A stretch of 64,000 nucleotides of DNA from NCBI GenBank assembly GCA_036498945.1, contig DASYEQ010000116.1, forward strand, positions 38,641 to 102,640. Reading direction: 5' to 3'. Both the position numbers and the translations under genes were made by a program. The DNA comes from Burkholderiales bacterium (GTDB lineage: Bacteria; Pseudomonadota; Gammaproteobacteria; Burkholderiales; JAEUOS01). Under the pieces are notes generated by a model. The model saw nothing but the letters and a program-made list of their open reading frames with translations, was not told the DNA's origin and did not search any database. The stretch's first letter is position 1; every line of letters starts with the position of its first letter. Shown here piece by piece: positions 10,352-20,588 of this stretch.

Positions 10352-11806
10352 CTACGTCGCGACCCAGGCCCGCAGGTCGCGCGCCGCCCGCGCCACCTGC
10401 GCGGCCTGGTCGAAGGTCCGCGGCGCATGCCGCAGTACCCGCACCGACGCATACCAGGGCGTACTCTCGCCCCCTGTGCCCCAGCGCCACTCGGGATCAG
10501 GCCGCGCCAGCAGCCAGGCCGGCAGGTCCAGCGCGCCTGCCAGGTGCAGCACCGAAGTATCGACGCTGATGACGAGGTCGAGCTGGTGCAGCAGCGCCGC
10601 GGTGGCGTAAAAATCGGACAAGTGCGCGCTGACGTCGATCATGCCGGGCGCGACCAACGCCGGATCTTCCACCAGCGCCACCCACTCGATCCCCGGCACT
10701 TGCAGCAACGGTCCCAGCGTCGCAACCGCCAGCCCGCGCTTGGCATCGAAATGCCTGGGCTGGCCCTGCCAGCGCAGGCCGACACGCTTCACCCCCGGCC
10801 GGCGCGGCGGCAGCCAGGCGCGCGCCGCCTCCACGTCGGCCGGCGCAACGCGCAAAAACGGCCGGTGGCGCTGCGCATCCGATAGCTCCACCCGCAGCGC
10901 CACCGGCAGCCGCGTCTGCGTCACCTGCCACTCGAACTGCGCGACGTCCGGCATCGCCGTGTAAACCGCCTCGAAGCAGTCCATCGCCGCCGCCAGGCGC
11001 AGCAGCGGCGGCGGCACCACGACCAAGAGGCGCGCACGCGGCTCACGCTCGCGCACCTGCAAGGCAAAGCGCAACATCTGGATGATGTCGCCGTAGCCAT
11101 AGCCGCACAGGATCAGCAGGCGTGCATCGCCCAGCGGCTGCCCGTCCCATACCGGGCAACCCTCGCCATAGCTCTGATTGATCTCGTCGGCCAGCGCCCA
11201 GGTAGAAAACCCTCGGCGCAAATCACCCCGCACCAGCTGCACCACCGACAGCCGCCCGAGCAGCGCCGTATCCCGGGGACGCAGCGCCACGGCACGGCCA
11301 TAATGTTCCAGCGCCGCATCGGCGCGGCCGTCGAAATCGCACAACTGCCCGAGCACCGCCTCTACCGCCGCATTCGCCGGCGCCAGGCGCGCGGCGTGCC
11401 CGGCCAATGGCCGCGCCGCCGCAAAAGCGCCGCGGTCGAGCAGGCGCTGCGCCAGTATCGCCGCCGCGCGCGCACCGGCTGCGTCTCCCCCTTGCGCCAA
11501 TTGCGTCAGCAAGGCTTCCGCGCGCTCACCCGCGCCCGCCGCCAGCCATGCCTCGGCAGCCAGCATCCGGTCCGCCGCCTCGCCGCGAGTTTGCAGGCGC
11601 TGCGCCGGCGGTTCGAGCAAGTCGGGCTTCGCGCCTTCGGCGATCAGTTCCGCCGCCTGTGCGCGCAAGGGTTCCGCCAACTGCCCGTGCGCATACGGCG
11701 GAAAAATATCGCGCGCCGCCCAGGCCTCCAATACGGACCGTTCCGCGCTCGCGGACTCGACAAAGGGACTGCGCCGGAATAGTTGCGAAAGCAGGCGGTT
11801 GAACAA
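10352..11806 (-). CDS. TPR-repeat protein fused to a GT9-like glycosyltransferase domain; paralog B
   Basis: Same architecture as 8830..10320 and collinear with it: GYGDIIQMLRF, VISVDTSVLHLAGALDLPAWLL, PWYASVRVLRH. Confidence 0.7.
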   Translation of the reverse strand: MFNRLLSQLFRRSPFVESASAERSVLEAWAARDIFPPYAHGQLAEPLRAQAAELIAEGAKPDLLEPPAQRLQTRGEAADRMLAAEAWLAAGAGERAEALLTQLAQGGDAAGARAAAILAQRLLDRGAFAAARPLAGHAARLAPANAAVEAVLGQLCDFDGRADAALEHYGRAVALRPRDTALLGRLSVVQLVRGDLRRGFSTWALADEINQSYGEGCPVWDGQPLGDARLLILCGYGYGDIIQMLRFALQVREREPRARLLVVVPPPLLRLAAAMDCFEAVYTAMPDVAQFEWQVTQTRLPVALRVELSDAQRHRPFLRVAPADVEAARAWLPPRRPGVKRVGLRWQGQPRHFDAKRGLAVATLGPLLQVPGIEWVALVEDPALVAPGMIDVSAHLSDFYATAALLHQLDLVISVDTSVLHLAGALDLPAWLLARPDPEWRWGTGGESTPWYASVRVLRHAPRTFDQAAQVARAARDLRAWVAT

Positions 11807-11901
11807 GGGCGCGGCACCATGGCGCCGATTGACGGCGCGGAAATGAAAGGACGGACAAAAAGCTTGAGAATTTTACGCCCAACGCGCATAGTGCGCGGCC
11901 T

Positions 11902-13068
11902 ATGCAGCACGCGACATCGCCCTCGCCGCTACCCGCGCCCGCCGCCGACGCCCTCGCCCACAGCGGGCGCGTCACTGCGCACATCGGCGCGGAAATCGCC
12001 GCGGCCGGCGGCTGGCTGGCCTTCGAGCGCTACATGGACCTGGCGCTGTACGCCCCCGGCCTGGGCTACTACGCCGCCGGCGCGGCCAAATTCGGCGCCG
12101 CCGGCGACTTCGTCACCGCGCCGGAAATCTCTTCCCTGTTCGGCCAGAGCCTGGCGCGCCAGGTGGCGCAGGTACTGGCGGCGAGCAGCCCGCATGTCCT
12201 GGAATTCGGCGCCGGCACCGGCAAGCTCGCCGCCGACGTGCTGAACAGCCTCGGCGCCGCCTGCCAAAGCTACGCCATCCTCGAACCCTCGCCCGACCTG
12301 CGCGCACGCCAGGCCGAGACCTTGCGGCGGCTCGCGCCCGCGCACACCGCCAAGGCGAGATGGCTGGACCAGTTGCCGGCGCAATTTGCCGGCGCAGTGA
12401 TTGCCAACGAGGTGATCGATGCGATGCCGGTGCACCTGGTACACGCGAGCGAAGGCGACATCACCGAGCGCGGCGTCACCCTTGATGCCGAAAACCGCTT
12501 CGCCTGGGCCGACCGTCCCGCCTCCGGCACCGTCCTCGACGAGGCGCAAACCCTGGGCCTGAACCAGGAACACGACTACCTCACCGAGATCAACCTGGCC
12601 GCGCGTGCCTGGGTCACCGCGCTCGCCGGCATGCTGACCAAAGGCGCGGCCCTGATCATCGACTACGGCTTTCCCGCGCGCGAGTATTACCACCCGCAGC
12701 GCAACCGCGGCACCTTGATGTGCCACTACCGCCATCACGCGCACGCCGATCCGTTCCTCTGGCCGGGCCTGACCGACATCACCGCCCACGTCGATTTCAC
12801 CGCGCTGGCCGACAGCGCGGAAGCCGCCGGCCTGGCGCTGGCGGGCTATACCAGCCAGGCCGCCTTCCTGCTCGACTGCGGCCTGACCGACCTGCTGGCC
12901 CAGGTGCCGGCGGCGGACAGCGCGCGCTACCTGCCGCTGACCAACCAGGCCAACCGCCTGATCTCTCCCGCCGAAATGGGCGAGCTGTTCAAGGTGATGC
13001 TGCTGACCCGCGACCTGGCCATCGAACCGCTGGGCTTTCGCAGCAGCGACCGCTCGCACCGGCTGTAA
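11902..13068 (+). CDS. class I SAM-dependent methyltransferase, DUF185/NDUFAF7-like
   Basis: EFGAGTGKLAADVL SAM-binding motif and the DUF185 fold. Confidence 0.75.
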   Translation: MQHATSPSPLPAPAADALAHSGRVTAHIGAEIAAAGGWLAFERYMDLALYAPGLGYYAAGAAKFGAAGDFVTAPEISSLFGQSLARQVAQVLAASSPHVLEFGAGTGKLAADVLNSLGAACQSYAILEPSPDLRARQAETLRRLAPAHTAKARWLDQLPAQFAGAVIANEVIDAMPVHLVHASEGDITERGVTLDAENRFAWADRPASGTVLDEAQTLGLNQEHDYLTEINLAARAWVTALAGMLTKGAALIIDYGFPAREYYHPQRNRGTLMCHYRHHAHADPFLWPGLTDITAHVDFTALADSAEAAGLALAGYTSQAAFLLDCGLTDLLAQVPAADSARYLPLTNQANRLISPAEMGELFKVMLLTRDLAIEPLGFRSSDRSHRL

Positions 13069-13072
13069 AAAC

Positions 13073-13096
13073 AAAAAGGGGCTGACGCCCCTTTTT
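13073..13096. terminator. bidirectional intrinsic terminator (AAAAAGGGGC-tgac-GCCCCTTTTT)
   Basis: Perfect stem flanked by A and T runs, between convergent genes. Confidence 0.7.
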
Positions 13097-13114
13097 TGAT
13101 GTGCCGCGCGCCGC

Positions 13115-13738
13115 CTAGCGCTTCGGCACGTCCAGCCCGCGCTTGACCGCCGGGCGCGCGCTGATGCCGTCGTACCAGCGCTTGACGTTGGGGAACTCGG
13201 CCAGATCCACGCGGTGCCGTTCGTGACGGAACACCCAGGGATAGGTGGCGATATCGGCGATGGTGTATTCGCCGCCGGCAAGATACGGCTCCCTCTCCAG
13301 GCGCTTGTCCATCACGCCGTACAGGCGCCGGGCTTCCTTGCCGTAACGCGCAACGCCATAGGGTACCGGCTCCTTGGCCGAATGCATGAAGTGGTGCGCC
13401 TGGCCGAACATCGGGCCGACTCCGCCCATCTGGAACATCAGCCATTGCAGCGCCTCGTACTTGCCGCGCGGCGATTCGGGAAGGAATTTGCCGGTCTTGC
13501 CGGCGAGGTAGACCAGGATGGCGCCGGATTCGAACAGGCTGATCGGGCGGCCGTCCGGCCCTTGCGGATCGACGATCGCCGGGATCTTGCCGTTCGGGTT
13601 GATCGCCAGGAATTCGGGGGTGAACTGGTCGTCGCGGCCGATATTGATTTCGCGCACGTTGTACGGCAGGCCGCACTCCTCCAGCATGATGGATATCTTG
13701 TAGCCATTGGGCGTGGTCCAGGTATACAGGTCGATCAT
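13115..13738 (-). CDS. glutathione S-transferase (Nu-class, YghU/YfcG-like)
   Basis: MIDLYTWTTPNGYKISIMLEE...IPAIVD...ESGAILVYLA thioredoxin-fold motifs. Confidence 0.85.
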   Translation of the reverse strand: MIDLYTWTTPNGYKISIMLEECGLPYNVREINIGRDDQFTPEFLAINPNGKIPAIVDPQGPDGRPISLFESGAILVYLAGKTGKFLPESPRGKYEALQWLMFQMGGVGPMFGQAHHFMHSAKEPVPYGVARYGKEARRLYGVMDKRLEREPYLAGGEYTIADIATYPWVFRHERHRVDLAEFPNVKRWYDGISARPAVKRGLDVPKR

Positions 13739-13891
13739 CGAGCGGCTCCGTGGTTGTTGTTGCGGACAAGGGGGCGCTACGCTAGCACGAACATCACGAA
13801 AATACCTGGCGCTGCGCCCGCATGCGCCGCATCAGCCCGGCCCCGCGCCGGCGCGTCATCCGGCCGCGCCATCCATGCGTAAAATGGCGCC

Positions 13892-14086
13892 ATGCTCAAA
13901 TGGCTCCTGGTATTCGTCATCTGCTCGGTGGTGTTTTCCTCGCTGCGCCCGCTGCTGGCACGCCTGGGGTTCGGGCGCATGCCGGGCGACTTCCGCTTTC
14001 GCATCGGCGAGACGCCGATCCTGATTCCGCTGGGCTCCTGCGTGTGCTTTTCGCTGGTGTTCTGGCTGGTCGGGCGCCTGATCTAG
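13892..14086 (+). CDS. DUF2905 small membrane protein
   Basis: 64 aa with two TM segments and LPGDFRF-like motifs. Confidence 0.6.
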   Translation: MLKWLLVFVICSVVFSSLRPLLARLGFGRMPGDFRFRIGETPILIPLGSCVCFSLVFWLVGRLI

Positions 14087-14162
14087 GCAATGAAAAATCT
14101 CCCGGAACCGCAAGGCCCGGGAGAAAACGCCGCACGGGAAGCGGCGGAGGTGATGAACCTGG

Positions 14163-14465
14163 TTACGGGTTGCCGCTGCCGGCCGCCGCCCCGCTGCCCT
14201 TGCGCGCCTGCGCCATCGCAGCGCCAATCTCGGCCTTGGTGACAAAGCCGTCGTGATCGGTGTCGATGGCGTCGAAATTCTTCGCCACGCGCGGCATCGC
14301 CTTCGCCTCATCCTTCGACAGCTTGCCGTCGCCGTTGGCATCGGCCTTGGTGAAGCGGGCATCGAAACGCTCGCGCATTTTTTCCGCGCGATCGCTCTGG
14401 GCATGGACCAGGGTGCAGGCGGCGGCGAGCGCGCTGAAGGCAAGGGCAAGCAGGGTTTTGCGCAT
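14163..14465 (-). CDS. secreted EF-hand calcium-binding protein
   Basis: Signal peptide MRKTLLALAFSALAAA; two EF-hand loops (DANGDGKLSKDE, DTDHDGFVTKAE); AAGGA RBS 8 nt upstream of ATG 14465. Confidence 0.7.
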   Translation of the reverse strand: MRKTLLALAFSALAAACTLVHAQSDRAEKMRERFDARFTKADANGDGKLSKDEAKAMPRVAKNFDAIDTDHDGFVTKAEIGAAMAQARKGSGAAAGSGNP

Positions 14466-14591
14466 GACGTTTTTCCTTGGAAGATTGGCTTGACGGCAAT
14501 GTAGACCAAACTCCTGCGCGCCGCCTAGAGGCGGAAACAATGCGTTACCGAAAACCGCGTACGGTAATTTTTTGTAATCGCCGGCGGCGCG

Positions 14592-15701
14592 TTACGTGCC
14601 CAGAGCGGCGGCAATCGCCGCAATGCGCGCCGCCTGCAGCGCGGCGTTGATCGCCTGCGGGTTCGGCTGGGTACGCGCGATCTCGCCTGCGTTGATGCCG
14701 CGCACGGCATCCAGCGCCAGGCGCAGGCGGCGCGTGCCTTCCGTGTAGTCCTCGCCGCGCGCCCCTTCCGCATAGGCCTGGGCCACCTGCACCAGCAGCA
14801 GAAAACGCTCCGGCTGGCGCAGGCCGTCGCATCGCTGCACCAGCCCTGCCAGCCCGGCGGCGTCGAGTGCGGCAGCGCGCGCGAAATCGTCGGCGTTGCG
14901 CGCAACAATCAGCGCAAGGTCGCGGCAGTCGGCCGGCACGCGAATGCGCTCGCTGAGTTTTTGCACCCCGGCCTCACCCAGCGCAGCCGCGCAGGCGGCG
15001 TAGCGTACGGTCAGCGGTGCGTCTTGCCGCGCGGCCCAGGCAAGCGCGCGCATGTTCGGCGCATCCGCCACCCAGGGCTCCAGTTCAGGCAAGGCGCGCT
15101 TGAGCGCCCCACTGTCTTCGAGCACCGCGAACATGCGCACCGGGTCGGCCTCCATCAGGCCGCGCGACACTTCCTGCCAGACGCGCTCAGGCACCAGGGC
15201 ATCGACTTCGCCGTCGGCCGTCATGCGCCGCATCAGCGCCAGGGTCTCGGGTGCGACTGCAAAACCAAAACGTGCGGCAAAGCGCGCCCCGCGCAATATG
15301 CGCACCGGGTCTTCGGCAAAGGCCTCGCCGACGTGGCGCAAGAGGCGCGACTTGAGATCGGCCTGGCCATGGTAGGGATCGACAACCACGCCGCTTTCGT
15401 CGCGCGCCATCGCGTTGATGGTGAAGTCGCGCCGCGCCAGGTCCTCTTCCAGCGTGACCGTGGGCTCGGTATGGAACACGAAGCCCTGGTAGCCGGGCGC
15501 GGTCTTGCGCTCGGTGCGCGCAAGCGCGTATTCCTCGTGGGTCTGCGGATGCAGGAAGACCGGAAAGTCCTTGCCCACCGGCTTGTAGCCCCGGGCGATC
15601 AATGCATCCGGCGTGGCGCCGACCACCACGTAGTCGCGGTCCACCGTTTCGCGCCCGAGCAGGGCGTCGCGCACCGAGCCGCCGACCTGGTAGATCTTCA
15701 T
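14592..15701 (-). CDS. cca: multifunctional CCA tRNA nucleotidyltransferase
   Basis: [16 protein letters not shown]...; poly(A) polymerase head domain and HD domain. I trimmed the ORF-track N-terminal extension. Confidence 0.85.
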   Translation of the reverse strand: MKIYQVGGSVRDALLGRETVDRDYVVVGATPDALIARGYKPVGKDFPVFLHPQTHEEYALARTERKTAPGYQGFVFHTEPTVTLEEDLARRDFTINAMARDESGVVVDPYHGQADLKSRLLRHVGEAFAEDPVRILRGARFAARFGFAVAPETLALMRRMTADGEVDALVPERVWQEVSRGLMEADPVRMFAVLEDSGALKRALPELEPWVADAPNMRALAWAARQDAPLTVRYAACAAALGEAGVQKLSERIRVPADCRDLALIVARNADDFARAAALDAAGLAGLVQRCDGLRQPERFLLLVQVAQAYAEGARGEDYTEGTRRLRLALDAVRGINAGEIARTQPNPQAINAALQAARIAAIAAALGT

Positions 15702-16348
15702 TGGTAGATGTCGTCGTAGCTGGCCAGCGGGTGCGGCTCGGCAGCGGCTTCGCGCGCCAGTTTCACTAGCGCCGGCGTGGCGAGCATGGTGTCCTGGTAT
15801 TGCCGGGCCGGGCCGTCCGTCGTCACACCGTAGGTTTGCAGGCGGAACACCACTGGCGCGTACATGGCGTCGGCAATGCCGAATGCGCCGAACAGGTAGG
15901 GGCCGCCGGAGCGCGCCAGGCACTCGCTCCAGATCGTGCAAAGGCGCGCCAGATCAGCCGCCGCCGCTTCATTCATGCCCTTGCCCGGATAGCGATTGCG
16001 GATGTTCATCGGCATGCGCCCGCGCAGGCCTTCGAAGCTGGAATGCATTTCCGCGCTGATGGAACGCGCGCGGGCGCGGTCTTTGACGTCGCCCGGCCAG
16101 AGGTTCTTCTCGGGAAATTTTTCCGCCAGGTACTCGCAGATCGCCAGCGAGTCATGCACCGCAAGGTCGCCGTCGATCAGCACCGGCACGGTGCCGGAAG
16201 GCGAGTAGCGCGCGATGTTTGCCTTGGTATCGGGCTCGCGCAGCCATACCTGGATTTCCTCGAAGGCAATGCCGGCCTGGGTCATCAGGATCCACGGACG
16301 CATGGACCAGGAAGAATAATTTTTGTCGGCGATGACGAGCTTGAGCAT
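15698..16348 (-). CDS. glutathione S-transferase family protein
   Basis: GST N- and C-terminal domains ([21 protein letters not shown]). Its stop overlaps the cca start (ATGA). Confidence 0.8.
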   Translation of the reverse strand: MLKLVIADKNYSSWSMRPWILMTQAGIAFEEIQVWLREPDTKANIARYSPSGTVPVLIDGDLAVHDSLAICEYLAEKFPEKNLWPGDVKDRARARSISAEMHSSFEGLRGRMPMNIRNRYPGKGMNEAAAADLARLCTIWSECLARSGGPYLFGAFGIADAMYAPVVFRLQTYGVTTDGPARQYQDTMLATPALVKLAREAAAEPHPLASYDDIYQ

Positions 16349-16457
16349 GGCGCGGGCGTTGATCGGTAAATGGCGGAACAGGCGCCATTATGCCGCCACA
16401 CCCGGCCGCGCCCCGGCTGGGCACTTCGCTTGCGTACGCCGCCGTCGCGGCCGGTAC

Positions 16458-17429
16458 CTAACGCCCCGCGTTATCCCGATAGCGCGACAGCCGTGCGCGC
16501 GGATTGGCGCCCGCCAGGTATTGCGGCACTTCGGCATCCATGGTCACCGGGTGCACGCCCAGCTCCGGCGCGATGGCGCCTTGCATCACGTTGTCGACCT
16601 TCAGGCTGTCGAGATTGTCGCGGGTGAGCGGCGGGCTGGGCAGGAATTCCATCAGCCAGGCCTGGAGGTAGGCCAGGCCTGTGGGCAAGGGCAGCACGGC
16701 GGCGGGGTGGCCGGCGGCCTGGCCGGCGTATTCGACCAGCTGGCGCAGGGTGTAGACCAGGGGGCCAGCGAGGTCGTAGGTGTGGCCGAAGGTGGCGCGG
16801 TTGTCCAGCGCGTTCACTGCCGCCTGCGCCACGTCGTCGACCCAGATGGGCTGCAGTTTGGCTTCCGCCCGCCCGAGCGGGAACAGCGGGAAATAGGCCT
16901 GCAAGCGGGCAAACAGGTTGAGGAATTTGTCGTCCTGGCCGAACACGACAGAGGGGCGGAACACGGTGACGGCGATCTGGTCCGGGTATTCCTGGGTGGC
17001 GGTGTGCACTTCGGCTTCGCCTGCCGCCTTGGAGCGCAGGTACATCGAAGGCGCCTTTCCGCTGGCGCCCATGGCGCTGAAATGCAGCAGGCGCGGCACG
17101 CCGGCGGCGACGCAGTCCTGGGCGACGGCGCGCGGCAGGTCGACGTGCGCGGCCTTGAATTGCGGGCCGTAGGGGTCGCCGCCGCGGCTGGCCAATGTGC
17201 CGACGAGGTTGATCACCGCGTCGCGCCCCTGAACTAAGCGCGCGAGCTGGTTGCGGTCGTAGACGTCGGCCTGCACCACCTCCACCGTCGGCAACAGGAT
17301 CAGGCGCTTGGCCCGCTCGCGATTGCGCGTAGCCACGGTGACCGCGACTTCGTTGGCGGTAAGAATGCGGGCGATGGCCGAACCGATCAGGCCGCTGCCC
17401 CCGATGAGCAGGACGTTACGCGTTTGCAT
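16458..17429 (-). CDS. NAD(P)H-binding SDR, complex I NDUFA9-like / NmrA-like
   Basis: VLLIGGSGLIGSAI Rossmann motif; atypical SDR. Confidence 0.8.
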   Translation of the reverse strand: MQTRNVLLIGGSGLIGSAIARILTANEVAVTVATRNRERAKRLILLPTVEVVQADVYDRNQLARLVQGRDAVINLVGTLASRGGDPYGPQFKAAHVDLPRAVAQDCVAAGVPRLLHFSAMGASGKAPSMYLRSKAAGEAEVHTATQEYPDQIAVTVFRPSVVFGQDDKFLNLFARLQAYFPLFPLGRAEAKLQPIWVDDVAQAAVNALDNRATFGHTYDLAGPLVYTLRQLVEYAGQAAGHPAAVLPLPTGLAYLQAWLMEFLPSPPLTRDNLDSLKVDNVMQGAIAPELGVHPVTMDAEVPQYLAGANPRARLSRYRDNAGR

Positions 17430-17534
17430 GACAGTCTTGGGGCGGGGAGGGGTCAGGCCATTCTACCGGCCCGGCCCGCCCTTGTGTGTCAGCGGCGCGC
17501 CTACGTCGCCCCAGCGGCGACGGACGCCGGCCCG

Positions 17535-19532
17535 TCAGGGCATATCGACCGGCTTTTCCTCGGGCAGGCGCGCCGGCACCGGCGGCAGGCGGTCCTTGAT
17601 CGAGGCCGGCTTGCCGGTGAACAGCGCCTGGTAGATGACGGCGTTGCTGATCACCTTCTTGACGTAGTCGCGCGTCTCGTTGAGCGGAATCGTCTCGGCG
17701 AACACCGCCGCTTCCATCGGCTTGACGTCGCGCCAGCGGCGCGGGCGGCCGGGGCCGGCGTTGTACGCGGCGGAAGCGAGGGCCTGGTGGTCGAACAGCT
17801 CGTCCAGCACCATCTTCAGGTAGTTGGTGCCGAGGGTGAGGTTGGTGCCGAGGTCGTTCACCTGAGCCGGCTGGAAGTCGGTCATGCCGATCTTTTTCGC
17901 CACCCAGCGCGCGGTGGCGGGCATCAGCTGCATCAGGCCGGAGGCGCCGACGCCGGAGCGCGCGTCGGTGATGAAGCGGCTTTCCTGGCGCATCAGGCCG
18001 TAGACCCAGGCGTCGTCCAGGCCCACCGCCTCGGCCTGCGTCTTCACCTCTTCCAGGTGCGGCGAGAGATAACGCAGGGTGAAGTCGTGCAGGGCGACGG
18101 TCTTGTCGGCGGTGTTGATGGCGCGGTCGGGCAGGCCGTTGATGCGCCCGAGCGTGGCCACGGCGAGCAACTGCTTGTCGTCCAGGCGCTGGATGCAGAA
18201 GTTCCACTCGCGGCTGGCTTCCGGGCGCAGGCCGATGCGGTAGAGGTTGAGGGCGCGCACGAAGCAGGGTTCGCGGCCCATCGCGTCCACCTCTTCCTTG
18301 GTCGGCTTGTAGCCGACCGGCGGGATCACGGTGACGCGGCCCAGTTCAGCGGCGGCGAGCTGCCCGTAGAAGCTGTATTCGCCGGCAATCGACTCGAACA
18401 GCTGCTTGGCATCTTCCGGCTTGCCTTCTTCCTTCAGGCCGCGCGCCAGCCAGTAGGTCCAGGTGGAGTCGCGCCGCGTTTCGGCGGACATGCCGCGGAT
18501 GGCGTGGCGCGTCATCTTCCAGTCGCGCGCGCGCAAGGCGGCGCGCGCCTCCCATTGCAGGTATTCATCGGGCAGCTGGATTTCCTTGGCCTCGCCGAAC
18601 CACTTCACCGCATCCGGAATCAGGCGCTTGGCGCCCCAGTAACCGACCACCGCCCAGCCCCACTGCCGCTCGGACTCGAGGAAAGGCTTCTTGTCTTCGC
18701 CGGTCCAGTAGGCGGCAGCAGCGCGCGGGTCGCTTTGCGCCAGGCGCGACAGCGCCAGCAAGGTCAGCTCGCGCTCGCGGCGGGTGCTGTGGTCGGACTT
18801 GCGCTTGAGGAACTTGTCCGGCTGCTTGTACAGCGCTTCGAGGGTCTTGGCGTCCACCGACTGCGAGTCCGGCAGGTAGCCGGCGGTGCGCTGCAGCGCC
18901 GGCAACAGGCCGTTGTCGGCCAGCACGCGCATGCGGTCCCACACCTGGCGGTCGGTGATGCGTGCGGCGTTGATCAGGGTCTCGGCCATGGTGGTGCAGC
19001 CGTCGCCCAGCTCGCGCGGCGAGAGGTACAGGCGCATCGCCTCGCGCAGGGTCGCTTCATCCCGGCTGTTCATGATCACGCGATGCAGGGCGGCGTAACA
19101 CTGGATTTCGGGATCGTCGTTGAACACCAGCTTGCCGCGCTCGGCCTCGAACTGGTCCCACTCGCGCTTGCGGCCGAGCAGCTTGACCCAGTCGGTGCGC
19201 GCGCGCTCGGCGAGGTAGGTCTTGTCGTACTTGCCGAGGAAGCTCAAGTAGTCGCTGTCGTCCGGGTCGGAATAGCGGCCGGCGCGCCCGGCCAGCAGCA
19301 TCCAGTAGGCGCCGTAGACCTCCATCGGCGTGCCTTGCAAGACGGCAGCGGCCTTGGCCAGGCGATCGCGGTTGCCGGCGCGCAGGGCGTCGCGCGCGGC
19401 CATCAGGGCGGCGTCGGGGTCGGTGGGAACGGGAGGTTCGGCGGCGGGACGCCGGGGCGCGGCCAGGGCACATTGGCCCACCAGCGCCAAGGCGACAAAC
19501 GCACGGGCGCAAAAGCTAGTCAGGCGGAACAT
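17535..19532 (-). CDS. slt: soluble lytic murein transglycosylase (Slt70-like)
   Basis: Signal peptide MFRLTSFCARAFVALALVG; superhelical N-terminal domain; C-terminal SLT catalytic domain with SGVGASGLMQLMPATA. Confidence 0.85.
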   Translation of the reverse strand: MFRLTSFCARAFVALALVGQCALAAPRRPAAEPPVPTDPDAALMAARDALRAGNRDRLAKAAAVLQGTPMEVYGAYWMLLAGRAGRYSDPDDSDYLSFLGKYDKTYLAERARTDWVKLLGRKREWDQFEAERGKLVFNDDPEIQCYAALHRVIMNSRDEATLREAMRLYLSPRELGDGCTTMAETLINAARITDRQVWDRMRVLADNGLLPALQRTAGYLPDSQSVDAKTLEALYKQPDKFLKRKSDHSTRRERELTLLALSRLAQSDPRAAAAYWTGEDKKPFLESERQWGWAVVGYWGAKRLIPDAVKWFGEAKEIQLPDEYLQWEARAALRARDWKMTRHAIRGMSAETRRDSTWTYWLARGLKEEGKPEDAKQLFESIAGEYSFYGQLAAAELGRVTVIPPVGYKPTKEEVDAMGREPCFVRALNLYRIGLRPEASREWNFCIQRLDDKQLLAVATLGRINGLPDRAINTADKTVALHDFTLRYLSPHLEEVKTQAEAVGLDDAWVYGLMRQESRFITDARSGVGASGLMQLMPATARWVAKKIGMTDFQPAQVNDLGTNLTLGTNYLKMVLDELFDHQALASAAYNAGPGRPRRWRDVKPMEAAVFAETIPLNETRDYVKKVISNAVIYQALFTGKPASIKDRLPPVPARLPEEKPVDMP

Positions 19533-19702
19533 GACGCTACTGTATCGCAAACTCATTGACCTTCGCCCTTGCGCAAGGGACGAATTTTTCTTCACAATCG
19601 GCGCTCCCTTCCCGTGCGCTCCGGAATCCGCAGGCAAAGCAACGCACAATAATGCCCGCGAACCGCGCCCCACCTCCCCTTAACGACCCAATCCGCAAAC
19701 CG

Positions 19703-20287
19703 ATGACCATGGACGAAAACCTGTCCGCCCGCCGTGCCGGCTGGCGCCGTGAGATGCTGGCGCGCCGCGAACACATGCCCGCCGAAGCCCGCGCCGCGGC
19801 GGACGCCGCCCTCAACGCCCAGTTGCGCGAGCTGCTGGCGCCGCTTAACGGCGTTCTCTGCTTCACCTGGCCGATCAAAAGCGAATTCGACGCCCGCCCC
19901 CTGATCACCGAGTGGCTCGCCGCCAACAGCGACCGGCGCGCCGTGCTGCCGGTGGTGATGAAGCGCCACACGCCGCTGCAATTCCGCGCCTGGGCGCCCG
20001 GCACGCGCATGCGCGCCGCCGGCTTCGGCACTTCCGTGCCCGACGAAGGCGACTGGCTCACGCCCGAGACCCTGCTGATCCCCCTGGTCGGCTACGACCG
20101 CGGCGGCTTCCGCCTGGGCTACGGCGGCGGCTACTACGACCGTACGCTGGCCACGCTGAATCCGCAGCCCTACAAGCTCGGCGTCGCCTATTTCGACTGC
20201 GCCCTCGACACCATCGAGCCGCAGGATCACGACATCCGCATGGACACGCTGGTCACCGAACGCGGCGTCACGCACTTCAACAAGTAA
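19703..20287 (+). CDS. 5-formyltetrahydrofolate cyclo-ligase
   Basis: MTMDENLSARRAGWRREMLARR...LLIPLVGYDRGGFRLGYGGGYYDRTL motifs. Confidence 0.85.
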   Translation: MTMDENLSARRAGWRREMLARREHMPAEARAAADAALNAQLRELLAPLNGVLCFTWPIKSEFDARPLITEWLAANSDRRAVLPVVMKRHTPLQFRAWAPGTRMRAAGFGTSVPDEGDWLTPETLLIPLVGYDRGGFRLGYGGGYYDRTLATLNPQPYKLGVAYFDCALDTIEPQDHDIRMDTLVTERGVTHFNK

Positions 20288-20588
20288 CGCGGCCCGCGCG
20301 AAGGCGACACCAACACGCAGCAACGCAACAAGACCGGTCACAAGTCGCCACGGAAATCTTTGCCGCTTTGCAGCAAACGCAAATACTTATAAGCATTTTG
20401 CGCCCGCATGCCCGCAAAGCCCTATTCAGCAAACACTGAATAGGCTTAGCATAGCGCCCAGAGGCGGACGATCGCACCGCAATGCTTTCCGGATGCACGA
20501 AGTTGCAGCAAAAAAGCATCCAGATCGCCGCATGCGACCGTAACCACATATCGAAAACCGCCTGCAATCGAGACCGAAGGAGGGCACT

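Noticed and set aside
19533-19702. 6S RNA (ssrS) upstream of the 5-FTHF cyclo-ligase gene
   Set aside because: The region is only 170 nt and I could not find the long closing helix or central bubble by eye. It is kept only as a low-interest check.
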